NCBI GenBank assembly: GCA_963789955.1 | Contig: CAWBMV010000012.1 | Location: 352,001-416,000 of the forward strand | Direction: 5' to 3' | Origin: an uncultured Candidatus Rokubacteria bacterium | Lineage (GTDB): Bacteria > Methylomirabilota > Methylomirabilia > Rokubacteriales > CSP1-6 | Length of the DNA stretch: 64,000 bases | In this document: piece after piece, positions 31,725-41,697 of the stretch | How positions within the stretch are numbered: the stretch's first letter is position 1 | Layout: each line of letters starts with the position of its first letter | The notes under the pieces: generated by a model | What the model was told of the DNA's origin: nothing | Databases searched by the model: none | The model's input: only the letters and a program-made list of their open reading frames with translations | Program-made: the position numbers and the translations under genes

Positions 31725-32467
31725 GACCGCGCCCACCACGAACGCTGGCGGGAGTTCACTCGAGAGACATCGCCCTCTATCGCGTTTACTACAGCACGTC
31801 CTCCGCAGGTGCCCGGGCTCAGCTTCGTGCAGGTCGCGGCGTCGACCTCGACCGCGCCTGGGGATGTCCGTCGATCCGACGCGCCAGCTCGATCACCGGA
31901 TCCAGACGGTCGACTTCCAGCTCACGGGCTGACGTCTCGCTCCACCTACAACGTCTCCGTCACCGCCGTCCACAGGGACGGGAAGGAGAGCGCGTGTTCG
32001 GCTGTCGCCGGCGCCGTTGCGCAGCCCGAGATTGCCGTCACGCCCACGGCCCTGTGAGCTTCGGCAGGGTTACTATCGAGACGTCCGCCACTCGGACCTG
32101 GTCGTTCGGAGCACGAGTGCCGATACCGTCATGGTCACGGTCTGTACCGGCCCCCTTCAGCATCGACTTCGGCAGTCCGTTCACGCTCCTCGGGCCCGGA
32201 GCGACCGCGGAGGTGACCATGAGGTTCACCGCCACGAGCGCTGCGACTGCGAGCACGAACGTCAGCTTCACTGCGAACGGCGATACACAGTCGAGGCTCG
32301 TGACCGGCATCGGCACGACTGCCGCGGATATGAGGCCGCTCCTGCCGGCCGGCCGTGTCGGCACCGTAACCCAATCCCCCCCCGCGATCGGGCCGTCCAA
32401 TGATGCGGAGGATCCTCGGGCCATTATCGACTGGCTATTGGAGCGCTCTTCATCGCGTAGACGGTAA
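31725..32467 (+). pseudogene. Degraded secreted protein with FN3-like and Ig-like domains
   Basis: Pieces in different frames: APTTNAGGSS, LYRVYYST, LTG-LTSRSTYNVSVTAV...ESACS, FGRVTI, PFSI...GATAEVTMRF...NVSFTANG. Confidence 0.55.
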
Positions 32468-32575
32468 GCAGCCAGCGTTCGGCGTTTCGTCCAGCCGTGC
32501 CATCCGTTCGAATGTGATCGCACACGGACACGCCACCGTGAGCAGATAGCCATTCCACGCAGGGATTCTGCATGA

Positions 32576-33955
32576 TCAAGGCGCACCAGGCACCGGGATC
32601 GTGAACGTAAACGTCGAGCCGGAGCCGAGCCGACTGTGCACCCAGATCCTCCCGCCGTGGAGCTCGATGAACTTCCGGCACAAGGTGAGACCCAGGCCTG
32701 TCCCTTCCGCCTTCTTCTCGGCGGTCCCGACCTGGCGGAACTCCTCGAACACCGCCGCCTGATCTTCGGGCGCGATGCCGATCCCCGTGTCGCTGACCGA
32801 CACCTCGATGGATCCATCGCGCCGCACAGCTCCGACTTCGATCCGTCCGCCCTCCGGGGTGAACTTGATCGCGTTCGACAGTAGGTTCAAGACGACCTGC
32901 CTGATCTTCCGCTCGTCAGCCTGAACCCAGCCCAGCCGATCATCCACGCTCATTTCGAGGGTGATGGCCCGCCGCGTGGCCCGCTCGCGAACCAGAGCCA
33001 GGGCGTTGTCGAAGGCGGTGGGCAGATGGAATTCCGCTAGCTCTAGCTCCATGCGTCCGGCCTCGATCTTCGAGAGGTCGAGGATGTCGTTGATCAGCGT
33101 GAGCAGATGAGTGCCCGAGGCATGGATGTCCTTCAGGTACTCCGCTTGCTTCTCGTTGAGCTCACCGAACATGCGGTCCGCCAAGACCTCGGAGAACCCG
33201 ATGATGGCGTTCAGCGGCGTCCGCAGCTCGTGGGACATGTTCGCGAGGAACTCGGACTTGTGTTGGCTCGCGACCTCGAGCTGTCGGCTTTTGTCCTCGA
33301 TCTCCAGGAAGAGCCGGGCGTTCTCGATGGCGATGACCGCCTGGTCGGCGAATGTCTTCATGAGCGCCACCTGCCGGTCGGTGAACGCGCGCGGCTCGAC
33401 GCGCACGACATTGATCACGCCGATGGGCTCGCCGTCGCGCAGCATGGGCACGGCCAGGAATGCGCGATAGCCGAGCTCGAGTCCCAGTTGCTGAGAACGC
33501 GAGGCCGTCTCGGGACCCGGAACGGTGACGTCGGTCACGTGGATCACTTCGCGGCGCAAGAGGGCTCGTCCGGACATCGACTCGGGGCCGGGGGGAGCGG
33601 GGTAGGAGCGAGCGATCTCCTCGACGGCCCGCGGGGAGAACGCGTGATGGGCGATGATGCTGAGCTCGTGCCCATCGTACCGAAACGCGATACCGAAGAA
33701 CCCGTCGCACAGCCGGACAGCATTCCGCACGATCGTCTCGAATACCTGCTGGATGTCCGTGCGGGAGCGGCTGATCACCTGCAAGATCTCGCCGGTGGCC
33801 GTCTGCTGCTCGTGGGCCTCACGCAGGGCCTTGGCGACTTCTGCAAACGACGGCGTACGGGAGCCGCCGGGTGTGACCGACTCGAGCGGCGTCCCGCATT
33901 CGTCGCAGAATTTCGCGCCGGTGCGCCGATCCCGCTGGCACTGCGGACACTGCAT
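32576..33955 (-). CDS. Zinc-ribbon/GAF sensor histidine kinase
   Basis: CPQC...FCDECG, GAF domain, [35 protein letters not shown]. Confidence 0.95.
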   Translation of the reverse strand: MQCPQCQRDRRTGAKFCDECGTPLESVTPGGSRTPSFAEVAKALREAHEQQTATGEILQVISRSRTDIQQVFETIVRNAVRLCDGFFGIAFRYDGHELSIIAHHAFSPRAVEEIARSYPAPPGPESMSGRALLRREVIHVTDVTVPGPETASRSQQLGLELGYRAFLAVPMLRDGEPIGVINVVRVEPRAFTDRQVALMKTFADQAVIAIENARLFLEIEDKSRQLEVASQHKSEFLANMSHELRTPLNAIIGFSEVLADRMFGELNEKQAEYLKDIHASGTHLLTLINDILDLSKIEAGRMELELAEFHLPTAFDNALALVRERATRRAITLEMSVDDRLGWVQADERKIRQVVLNLLSNAIKFTPEGGRIEVGAVRRDGSIEVSVSDTGIGIAPEDQAAVFEEFRQVGTAEKKAEGTGLGLTLCRKFIELHGGRIWVHSRLGSGSTFTFTIPVPGAP

Positions 33956-34245
33956 GTCGCCCTCCGGAGTCCTCGCGCTGACGGCTGAGAACCGCGGGGC
34001 CGAGACTAGACCGTCGCCCGGCCGGCGGTCAACAGACGCGGCGGGGGGTTTGGCTCCCTCGGTGCCCCGGGAAATGCCGTTCGTAAATAGATCGCCGGCC
34101 GCGCATTAGCCGTGCCACACTGGGAGGGTCTGGTCGCGGCGCAGGTCCATTGCGGATCCTTCCTTCACCAGACCATGACTCTGGCGCAGTCTTCCGCGTA
34201 CCAGGGAGTGCCGTCAACGCGCGGGAGACCTGTGGGAGGCGTCTC

Positions 34246-34551
34246 ATGGCCCAGAAACTCTTCATCGGCGGCCTGCCGTTCTCGACGTCCAGCGAACGGT
34301 TGCGTGAGGTATTTGCCCAGGCGGGGGTGGTCGAGTCGGCGCAGGTCGTGACTGACCGGGATACCGGCCGTTCGCGCGGTTTCGGGTTCGTCGAGATGGC
34401 GACTCCCGAGGAAGCCGATCAGGCCATCAGCCGCTTCAACGGCACGAATCTCGACGGCCGGTCCATTCAGGTCGAGAGGGCGAAGGCCCCAGGGTCAGGT
34501 GGCGGTGCCTCGCGCGGCGGCGGCGGCGGCCAGAGCCGGGGGCGGTGGTAA
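34246..34551 (+). CDS. RRM RNA-binding protein with Gly-rich tail
   Basis: KLFIGGL (RNP2), RGFGFVEM (RNP1); GGAGG upstream. Confidence 0.95.
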   Translation: MAQKLFIGGLPFSTSSERLREVFAQAGVVESAQVVTDRDTGRSRGFGFVEMATPEEADQAISRFNGTNLDGRSIQVERAKAPGSGGGASRGGGGGQSRGRW

Positions 34552-34555
34552 GCCC

Positions 34556-34774
34556 GTGCAGGTCGGCGCGGTCTCGACGCCGCAGGATGATTCCCGCTGG
34601 CGGTGGCGCATCGTCAACTACGCTGGTGAGGTCGTTGAAGAGTCACGCGATAGCTTTCCGACGATTGCCAGCGCTGTCGAGCACGGCTCGAAGCGGCTCA
34701 AGCAGATGGACGCCGTCGACAACTCCGTCCCCTACCAGCCCCATCGCTCGACACGACGTCTACGGGTGCCCTGA
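34556..34774 (+). CDS. Small hypothetical protein (WRWRI motif, possibly DUF1508-like)
   Basis: WRWRIVNYAGEVVEESRDSFPTIASA; fills the gap between the RRM gene and rpsU. Confidence 0.55.
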   Translation: MQVGAVSTPQDDSRWRWRIVNYAGEVVEESRDSFPTIASAVEHGSKRLKQMDAVDNSVPYQPHRSTRRLRVP

Positions 34775-34978
34775 GTGAAGATCGTCGTTTTCGACAACCA
34801 GGTCGACGCGGCTCTGAAGCAGCTCAAGAAGCAGATGCTGAAGGACGGCCTCTTTCAGGAGATGAAGCGGCGGGAACACTACGAGAAGCCGTCGGTGAAG
34901 CGGAAGCGCAAGTCGGCTCAGGCCCGGAAGAAGAGGCGGAAGGCCCTCAAGCGGATGGCCCAGCATGAGTCGGACTAG
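34775..34978 (+). CDS. rpsU: 30S ribosomal protein S21
   Basis: ALKQLKK...EMKRREHYEKPSVKRKRK. Confidence 0.95.
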   Translation: MKIVVFDNQVDAALKQLKKQMLKDGLFQEMKRREHYEKPSVKRKRKSAQARKKRRKALKRMAQHESD

Positions 34979-35125
34979 AGGGCCGGTGCTGAGGTAGGAA
35001 GGGCCGCGCGTTCCGATCGGCCGGACGCAAGGTCGGGTGGTTGCGGGTGGGCTGGGCGTTGTGCTTGAATTGTCGCCGAGATGCAGCCCGCAGCGATGAG
35101 GCGCATGGCGTAGCGTGATTCCGCG

Positions 35126-36274
35126 TTGAGGCTGTCCGGGCCTCATCTTCTCCCCGTCACGATGTTCTTCGGCTCGTTCGCGTGGTCGTTCGTCTTCGTG
35201 AGCCTGCCCTTTCACATCCAGCGCGTCAGCACCCTGGAGCCGACCGCCACGTTGCGATGGACGGGGTGGATCGTCGGGATCACCTCGCTCGTCACGGTGC
35301 TGACCGCACCGATCTGGGGTCGCTACGCCGCCCGCGGCAACCCGAAGGCGTGCTACGTGGCGGTCGAGGCGCTGCAGGGCCTCGGTTTCTTCGTGATGGC
35401 GCTCGCACGTACCCTGCCGGAGCTCTTCTTCGCTCGGCTCATCCTCGGCGCCATGGGCGCGGCATCGACGCTCGGCTTCATCATGGTCGGGCGCGGCGCG
35501 GAGGGCGGGGAGGTCCGCCGCCGGGTGGCCGCGCTGCAGTCGTCGATGACGGTCGGGCAGGTGATGGGGCCTCTCTTCGGCGCGATCGCCGCCGCCCGGC
35601 TCGGCATTCGCGGCTCGTTCGTGCTGGGCGGCATCATCTTGATTGGCTGCGCGGCGCTCGTTCACTGGGCCGTCCCCCGGCCGCCGGACGCGCAGCAGGC
35701 AGGAGCCGCCGCTCGGCCCGTCCGGCCTCGGGAAGTCGCGGCGGTCACCATGGTCGTGCTCGGCGGGTCGATCCAGGTGTTCTACTTCACGTCGATCCTG
35801 CCGCACGTGCTGCCCGGCCTCGGGGTCGAGGCGGAGCGCACCCTGGAGGTCGGAGGCGTGTTGATCTTCGTCTCGGGAGTCGCGGCGGCCCTCGGCGCCC
35901 TGGCGGTGCCACGACTGGGTGAGCTGTTCCCCGAGCGGAGGCTGATCGGAACTCTCCTGGTCGCCTCGTCGATTTCGGTCGCCGCGCTGGCGGCGGTGGG
36001 GTCCGTGTGGGCCTACGGCGGGCTGCGATTCGTGCAGGTGCTGTCGATCGCGCCCGTGTTCCCGCTGGTCGTGTCGCGAGTCGTCCAGCACGCGGGCGGC
36101 TCGGCGATCGGTGTGATCAACGCCGCGCGCATCGGCGCCGGCTTCATCGGTCCGGTGGCCGCCACCAGCTTGCTCGCGTGGACGTCGCCGGCGGTCGTCT
36201 ATTGCCTGCTGGCGTCGATCGGGCTGGCTTGCCTCCCCCTCGTCCGGATGCGCGAGAGCGGGGCGCGGACGTGA
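35126..36274 (+). CDS. MFS transporter (DHA1-like)
   Basis: About 12 TM segments, APIWGRYA, GQVMGPLFG. Confidence 0.85.
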   Translation: MRLSGPHLLPVTMFFGSFAWSFVFVSLPFHIQRVSTLEPTATLRWTGWIVGITSLVTVLTAPIWGRYAARGNPKACYVAVEALQGLGFFVMALARTLPELFFARLILGAMGAASTLGFIMVGRGAEGGEVRRRVAALQSSMTVGQVMGPLFGAIAAARLGIRGSFVLGGIILIGCAALVHWAVPRPPDAQQAGAAARPVRPREVAAVTMVVLGGSIQVFYFTSILPHVLPGLGVEAERTLEVGGVLIFVSGVAAALGALAVPRLGELFPERRLIGTLLVASSISVAALAAVGSVWAYGGLRFVQVLSIAPVFPLVVSRVVQHAGGSAIGVINAARIGAGFIGPVAATSLLAWTSPAVVYCLLASIGLACLPLVRMRESGART

Positions 36275-37368
36275 ACGGCGGCGAGCGCCCGCTCGTCGAT
36301 ATCCGACTCGACGAGCTCGACACGCGCGGGGGAGTGCCGCCCGGCGTATGCGGGATCACGCAGCACGTCCGCTATGGCGAGTTCTTCACGTTTCTCGGCC
36401 CGCCGAAATCCGGCAAGTCCGACGTCCTGCGCGCGATCGCCGGGTTCCTGCCGATCACGCGGGGGCGCGTCCTCGTCGACGGCCACGACATCTCGGCAGT
36501 ACCCCCACGTCTTCGCGGCGTCGGCTACGTCTTCCAGGACGGCGCGCTGTGGCCCCACATGGCCGTGCGGGAGCACGTGGCGTTTGGTCTTCGGCAGCAG
36601 GGCGTGCCCGCTGACGAGATCACGCGACGAGTGGCGACCGTGCTCGGCCGGCTTCGCCTCGCGAGCGTGGAAGCGCACAAGCCGGCGGAGCTCAGCCTGG
36701 AGCAGCGCCGCCGTCTTGCTCTGGCGCGCGCGCTCGCCGTCGAGCCGCAGGTGTTACTCCTGGACGAGCCGCTCGCGAACCTCGATCCGACGGCGCGCAA
36801 GTCGCTCCGGCTCGAGCTGACCAAGCTCCACCGGGACCTCGCGGTGACGACCGTGCACGCCACGCGCAACGCGGCGGACGCGCTGGCGCTCTCCGATCGC
36901 CTCGCCGTGATCGACGGTGGGCGCGTCGTGCAGGTGGGCGATCCGGCCGAGGTCTACCATCGGCCCCGGAGCCGGGCCGTCGCCGAGGCGCTTGGGCCCG
37001 CCAACTTCCTTCCGGTTCGTGTGATCGAGCTCCGTGACCTCGGCGTCGTCGTGGAAACCGAGCGCGGCGACCGTGTGCCCGTCGCCGGCATGGGCACACA
37101 TCGGCTCGGCGATCGCGGCCTCCTGGTCCTCAGACCCGAAACCCTGTCGATGACCGAGGCCGCGATGGCGCGAGGCCCGAGCATTCCCGGGCGGATCTCG
37201 CTCCGGGTCTTCGAGGGCTCCCGTCACCTGTACGAAATCGAGATCGGCGCCCAGGCCCCGGTCCAGGTCGAGCTCCCGGACGCCGGCGAAACCCGCATCT
37301 TCCGCCTGGGCGACCAGGTCCGCGTAGAAATCTCCACCGAAACCGTCGTCCTGATCCCCGACAGCTAG
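36271..37368 (+). CDS. ABC ATPase (PotA/MalK-like with TOBE domain), degenerate motifs
   Basis: GPPKSGKS, VFQDGALWPHM, LSLEQRRR, LLLDEPLANLD, HATRN; GTG overlaps the MFS stop. Confidence 0.85.
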   Translation: MNGGERPLVDIRLDELDTRGGVPPGVCGITQHVRYGEFFTFLGPPKSGKSDVLRAIAGFLPITRGRVLVDGHDISAVPPRLRGVGYVFQDGALWPHMAVREHVAFGLRQQGVPADEITRRVATVLGRLRLASVEAHKPAELSLEQRRRLALARALAVEPQVLLLDEPLANLDPTARKSLRLELTKLHRDLAVTTVHATRNAADALALSDRLAVIDGGRVVQVGDPAEVYHRPRSRAVAEALGPANFLPVRVIELRDLGVVVETERGDRVPVAGMGTHRLGDRGLLVLRPETLSMTEAAMARGPSIPGRISLRVFEGSRHLYEIEIGAQAPVQVELPDAGETRIFRLGDQVRVEISTETVVLIPDS

Positions 37369-37541
37369 GCCCGGTCCGCAGTTAGCTCCCGCTCCGCGCA
37401 TCACCGGCGCCGACCCGCCCCGCAGACATCGATTCTGAGACTCTGATCCCGAAGCTAAGCCACTCAGCATCGATCCGACGCGCAAGCGATCTCGCAGGCC
37501 CTCGACGTAGACCATCTGGCCACGGTGTGAGCGCTGGCAGA

Positions 37542-37684
37542 CGGGCGGGGGCGAGGGGGCGGGGGCAGCCCTCCGCGACCTGTGTAGTCAGGCTTGTCCC
37601 GAAGCGGCGCTCCTCAGAAAAGTCCAACCCGCGCGGTGGCTACCAGGTCGCGGAGGGCTGCCCCCGCCCCCTCGCCCCCGCCCG
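37542..37684. repeat. 41-bp perfect inverted repeat with 61-bp spacer (MITE/REP-like)
   Basis: 37542-37582 is the exact reverse complement of 37644-37684. Confidence 0.9.
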
Positions 37685-37709
37685 ACTCCCGCGCGCGCCA
37701 AGCGAGACC

Positions 37710-38475
37710 CTAGATGGTGTAAGTCCGATCCTGCTCGAGAATCGAAATGCGAGACGAATCGATGCGCGCGAGCTCTTCGCCAACTTCCTCGTGAAACTGC
37801 GGCTTCACGTGGAAGATCCAGACCGGGACGTCGGGCGGCAGCTTGTCGAGCTCGCGACGGATCAGCGCCGGCGTCATGTGCTTGGCGACCTGAGCGAGCG
37901 GCCCCAGCCGATTCGGGAAGGCGCACTCGAGAATGATCGCGCGGAGGCCTCGTAGGCTCCGCGCCGTGTGCCAGAGCGCTTCGGTGGGACCCGTGTCTCC
38001 CGAGTAGATCAGGCCGCGTCGAACCGTCGTGGACGATGAGTCCCGCCGCCGGCACGGAGTGGCTCACGGCGACCGGCGTCACCCAGAGATCGGAGACCCG
38101 CTGCTCGACGTCTTCGATCAAGGACCGGAACTTCACGACCGGCACGTCGGGGTGGGGGATCTTGCTGAAGTCGGGCCAGAGCGCATTGTTGAAGACGTTG
38201 GAACGGAGCGCGGTGATCACCGGATCGATGCTGCTGATCGTCACCGCCGCGCCGACCTCACAGAACGCGAGCGTCTCGGTCAGGTAGACGAGCCCCGCGA
38301 TGTGATCGAGATGCGCGTGCGAGATGATCGCGTGCTCGATCGCGAGCTGTTGTGGAACGCTCAGGGCGCCGGTGACCGAGCCGCCATCGAGGAGGATCTT
38401 GTCGTTGATGAGGAAGGACGACGGGCGATGCCCCAGCCCTTCGCCTCCGAAGGCGCCGAGCACGCGAATTCTCAT
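37710..38475 (-). CDS. MBL-fold hydrolase, class II cyclic-nucleotide phosphodiesterase-like (frameshift near 38020)
   Basis: MRIRVLGAFGG, SHAHLDHI, FNNALWPDF, VSHSVP, then YSGDTGPT, ECAFPN, HMTP. Confidence 0.82.
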
Positions 38476-38526
38476 CGCCTCGATGATACTAACACACCGG
38501 AATCGTTGTAAGATGGCGCGAAGCGC

Positions 38527-39198
38527 ATGGGCGACGAAACCTTCGATTATCCGACGATGGCGCGCGCGTTGATCGTGGGCGACAAGGACACGGTCGCCCG
38601 GAAAACGCGCGAGGGCCTCGATCTCTCGCTCGATCCGAAGGCGCTCATCTTCAAAGGACTCATCCCCGGCATGGACGTCGTCGGCGAGAAGTTCCGCCGC
38701 AACGAGTACTACGTGCCCCAGGTGCTCCTGTCGGCGCGCGCGATGTACGCGGGGCTCGACCTGCTCAAGCCGCTCATCACGGCCTCGGCGCGCGGCGGCG
38801 ACTATCTGGGCATCGTCGTGATCGGCACCGCTCAGGGCGACCTGCACGACATCGGCAAGAACCTCGTCGCGATGATGCTCGAGGGCGCCGGGTTCAAGGT
38901 GGTGAACCTCGGCCGCGACGTCGCGCCCGAGGCATTCGTCTCGGCGGTCGGCGAGCACGGCGCGAACCTCGTCGGCATCTCGGCCCTGATGACCACGACC
39001 ATGCCCGCGATGAAGCGCACGATCGACGCGCTCATCAAGGCCGGCCTGCGCGAGCGCGTGAAGGTCATGGTCGGCGGCGCGCCGGTGAGCCAGGCGTTCG
39101 CCGACGAGATCGGCGCCGACGGCTACGCCAAGGATTCCACCCTGGCCGTCGTCAAGGCCAAGGCGCTCGTGGCGGCGCGCGCCGAGGTCGCCTCGTGA
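38527..39198 (+). CDS. Corrinoid (B12-binding) protein, cap plus Rossmann domains
   Basis: GMDVVGEKF, GDLHDIGKN (DxHxxG), SALMTTTM, VGGAPV, IGADGY. Confidence 0.95.
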   Translation: MGDETFDYPTMARALIVGDKDTVARKTREGLDLSLDPKALIFKGLIPGMDVVGEKFRRNEYYVPQVLLSARAMYAGLDLLKPLITASARGGDYLGIVVIGTAQGDLHDIGKNLVAMMLEGAGFKVVNLGRDVAPEAFVSAVGEHGANLVGISALMTTTMPAMKRTIDALIKAGLRERVKVMVGGAPVSQAFADEIGADGYAKDSTLAVVKAKALVAARAEVAS

Positions 39199-40115
39199 CG
39201 GCGCGCGGGTGGCAGGTCGTCGAGCGTGTGCGGGCGGGCGAGACGCTCGTGTTCGACGGCGGCTACGGCACCATGCTGTTCGCGGCCGGGCTCACGAACG
39301 GGGCGTGTCCGGAGCTGTGGAACGACACGCACGCCGACGTGGTGCAGGGGATTCACGCCGGATACTTCGGCGCCGGCAGTCACATCGTCGAGACGAACAC
39401 GTTCGGCGGCACGCGGCTGAAGCTGAACGAGTACAAGATCGGCGACCGGACGCGCGAGCTGAACGAAAAGGGCGCGCGGCTGGCGCGAGCCGCTGCGCCG
39501 GCGGCGGGCTACGTCGCCGGCTCGATCGGGCCGACGAGCCGCCTGCCGATCGACTACGCGCTCGACGACGGCGTCACCGACGAGGAGTACGTCGAGACGT
39601 TTCGCGAGCAAGCCGAGGCGCTCGCCGAGGGCGGTGTCGATCTCTTCGCGGTCGAGACCATGATGTTTCCGCAGGAGTGCACCGCCGCGATTCGAGCCTG
39701 CAAGGCCGCCGCCGATCTGCCGGTCATGGCCACGATGTTCTTCCAGTACGAGGAGCTCCACGACCGCGACCGGACCATGTGGGGCGAGAGTCCCGCGGAG
39801 ATTGCCAAGAATCTCCTCGCCGCCGGCGCCGACGTCATCGGCATGAACTGCGGGCGCGGGCCGGATCGCGCGATCGTGATCATCCGGGAGATGCGGCGGG
39901 TCACCGACGCGCCGCTCGTCGCCTATCCGAACGCGGGGCTGCCGGTCACGACCGGCGACACCGTGACGTACGAGCTCGGGCCCGACGAGATGGCGCGCGA
40001 GTACCCGGCGCTCCTGGACGCCGGATGCAACATCGTCGGCGCGTGCTGCGGCTCGAACCCCGAGCACATCCGCCGTATCGCCGAGGTCGTGCAGGCGCGC
40101 CAGAAGCATCGGTAG
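39195..40115 (+). CDS. Homocysteine S-methyltransferase domain protein (split MetH)
   Basis: FDGGYGT, ETNTFG, GSIGPT, GMNC, YPNAGLP, GACCG zinc ligands. Confidence 0.93.
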   Translation: MTARGWQVVERVRAGETLVFDGGYGTMLFAAGLTNGACPELWNDTHADVVQGIHAGYFGAGSHIVETNTFGGTRLKLNEYKIGDRTRELNEKGARLARAAAPAAGYVAGSIGPTSRLPIDYALDDGVTDEEYVETFREQAEALAEGGVDLFAVETMMFPQECTAAIRACKAAADLPVMATMFFQYEELHDRDRTMWGESPAEIAKNLLAAGADVIGMNCGRGPDRAIVIIREMRRVTDAPLVAYPNAGLPVTTGDTVTYELGPDEMAREYPALLDAGCNIVGACCGSNPEHIRRIAEVVQARQKHR

Positions 40116-40840
40116 TGGCCCAGCAGCTTCCCACCGGCTCCCGCGTTTTCACGACGCTCCCGCTCGCGATCGACCCCGACGAGGTTCTGCGCTTCCAGGG
40201 CTACAAGAAGTCCGTCGACACACCCGGTCCCGAGGTGCTGGCGCTCTTCGATGAAGCGCTGGCGCTCGGCCGCACCTTGATCGCCCCGCGTGCCGTCGTG
40301 CGGTGGCTTCCCGTCACGCGCACCGGCGCCGACACGATCGAGGCGGGCGGCGTCACGTTGACGATTCCGAACGTCGAGCGTCTCTGGGGCTCGATCGAGT
40401 GGCTCGCGGCGGCCGTGTGCACGATCGGCGATGGGCTCGAGCGGCGCGCCGCCGAGCTGTGGGACACGCGCGAGCTGCCGCTGGCCGCCATGCTCGACAG
40501 CGTCGGGTCGGGCGCGGTCGAGAGCCTGGCGGAGTACGTCAACGATCTCTTCTGTCAGGAGGCGATCCCGCTCGGGCTCCCGGTCACGAACCGGGTGAGC
40601 CCCGGATACGGCCACTGGGACGTGACCCAGCAGCAGGCGTTGTTCGAGATGTGCCCCGGCGACACGATCGGCGTGACCCTCAACGAGGCCTGCTTCATGA
40701 GCCCGGTGAAATCCATCTCGCTGCTGGCCGCCGCGGGGCCGCACGCGAAGGTCGACCACTACTTCAGCCAGTGCTCGCGCTGCTGGATGCGCGACTGCGC
40801 CTACCGCCGCACCCCCGCCCGAAACACCGTCCACCGCTAA
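40115..40840 (+). CDS. Methionine synthase activation-domain-like protein
   Basis: VCTIG, LDSVGSGAVE, RVSPGYG, MSPVKSIS, C-terminal CSRCWMRDCAYRR. Confidence 0.8.
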   Translation: MAQQLPTGSRVFTTLPLAIDPDEVLRFQGYKKSVDTPGPEVLALFDEALALGRTLIAPRAVVRWLPVTRTGADTIEAGGVTLTIPNVERLWGSIEWLAAAVCTIGDGLERRAAELWDTRELPLAAMLDSVGSGAVESLAEYVNDLFCQEAIPLGLPVTNRVSPGYGHWDVTQQQALFEMCPGDTIGVTLNEACFMSPVKSISLLAAAGPHAKVDHYFSQCSRCWMRDCAYRRTPARNTVHR

Positions 40841-40961
40841 CCCCGATGCGATCCGGCCGTACTTCGGTCAGCGAATCCGTCCAGCCGCTAGGCCTCAAAG
40901 ATCTCGCCGGCCCCTCGGACAGTCCATCGGCAGCGGGTGACGAAGCGAGGTGCGGAAGCGT

Positions 40962-41115
40962 GCGACGAACGGGTGGCGCCGGGGGGCGTACCCACGCGAG
41001 CGGCGGAGTGGGCCCCCCTCGTCTCGCGCGCAGCTCGAAGAGCTGCGAATCGAGCGAGCGGGTGACGCAGCCGGTCGCGTGGGTACGCCCCCCGGCGACA
41101 GGCCCCGTTCGTCGC
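40962..41115. repeat. Nested inverted repeat forming a long hairpin
   Basis: Perfect arms 40962-40973/41104-41115 (12 bp), 40977-40999/41075-41097 (23 bp) and 41029-41036/41040-41047 (8 bp). Confidence 0.88.
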
Positions 41116-41172
41116 GCACTACCGCCAACCCACATCGCCTCCAGCGTAAGGGTGATCTGATACGATGCGGGG

Positions 41173-41697
41173 ATGCGGCGGGATAACGTGATTCTCGTGG
41201 GGTTCATGGGCGCCGGGAAATCGGTGTGCGGACGCCTACTTGCCCGTCGTCTCGGGCGTTGTTTCGTCGAGACGGACGACATGATCGTCGCCGGCGAAGG
41301 CCGCTCGATCCCCGAGATCTTCCGTGAGGCCGGCGAGGCCCGATTCCGCCAGCTCGAGGCCGACACCATCGAGAGCCTCAAGCTGAAGTCGGGTGACGTG
41401 ATCGCGACCGGCGGCGGCATGCCGTGCCGTGACGGCCGCATGGAGCTCCTGCGCGAGCTCGGCACCGTGGTGTGGCTCGACGGCGACGTGCGCGAGCTGC
41501 ACGAGCGCGCCAGCCGGATCGGCAACCGGCCCATGCTCGAGAGCCGGTCGATGACCGAAGTCGAGGAGCTCTATCGGTCGCGGCAGCCCTACTACCGCCG
41601 GGCGCACATCACGATCGACACGACCGGGATCGGCGCCGATCAGGTCGTCGCGCGTATCTTGACCGCATTGCGGGAGGCGCATGCCGTACGAGCTTAG
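41173..41697 (+). CDS. aroK: Shikimate kinase
   Basis: GFMGAGKS, IPEIF...GEARFRQLE, ATGGG, RPML, R..YY. Confidence 0.93.
   Translation: MRRDNVILVGFMGAGKSVCGRLLARRLGRCFVETDDMIVAGEGRSIPEIFREAGEARFRQLEADTIESLKLKSGDVIATGGGMPCRDGRMELLRELGTVVWLDGDVRELHERASRIGNRPMLESRSMTEVEELYRSRQPYYRRAHITIDTTGIGADQVVARILTALREAHAVRA

Noticed and set aside
32055..32057. TGA in the FN3/Ig remnant as a second selenocysteine codon
   Set aside because: No Cys-motif context, and the downstream sequence continues in a different frame
40841..41172. SAM or cobalamin riboswitch next to methionine genes
   Set aside because: No recognisable consensus motifs; the structure is a simple nested inverted repeat, and an Rfam search would be decisive
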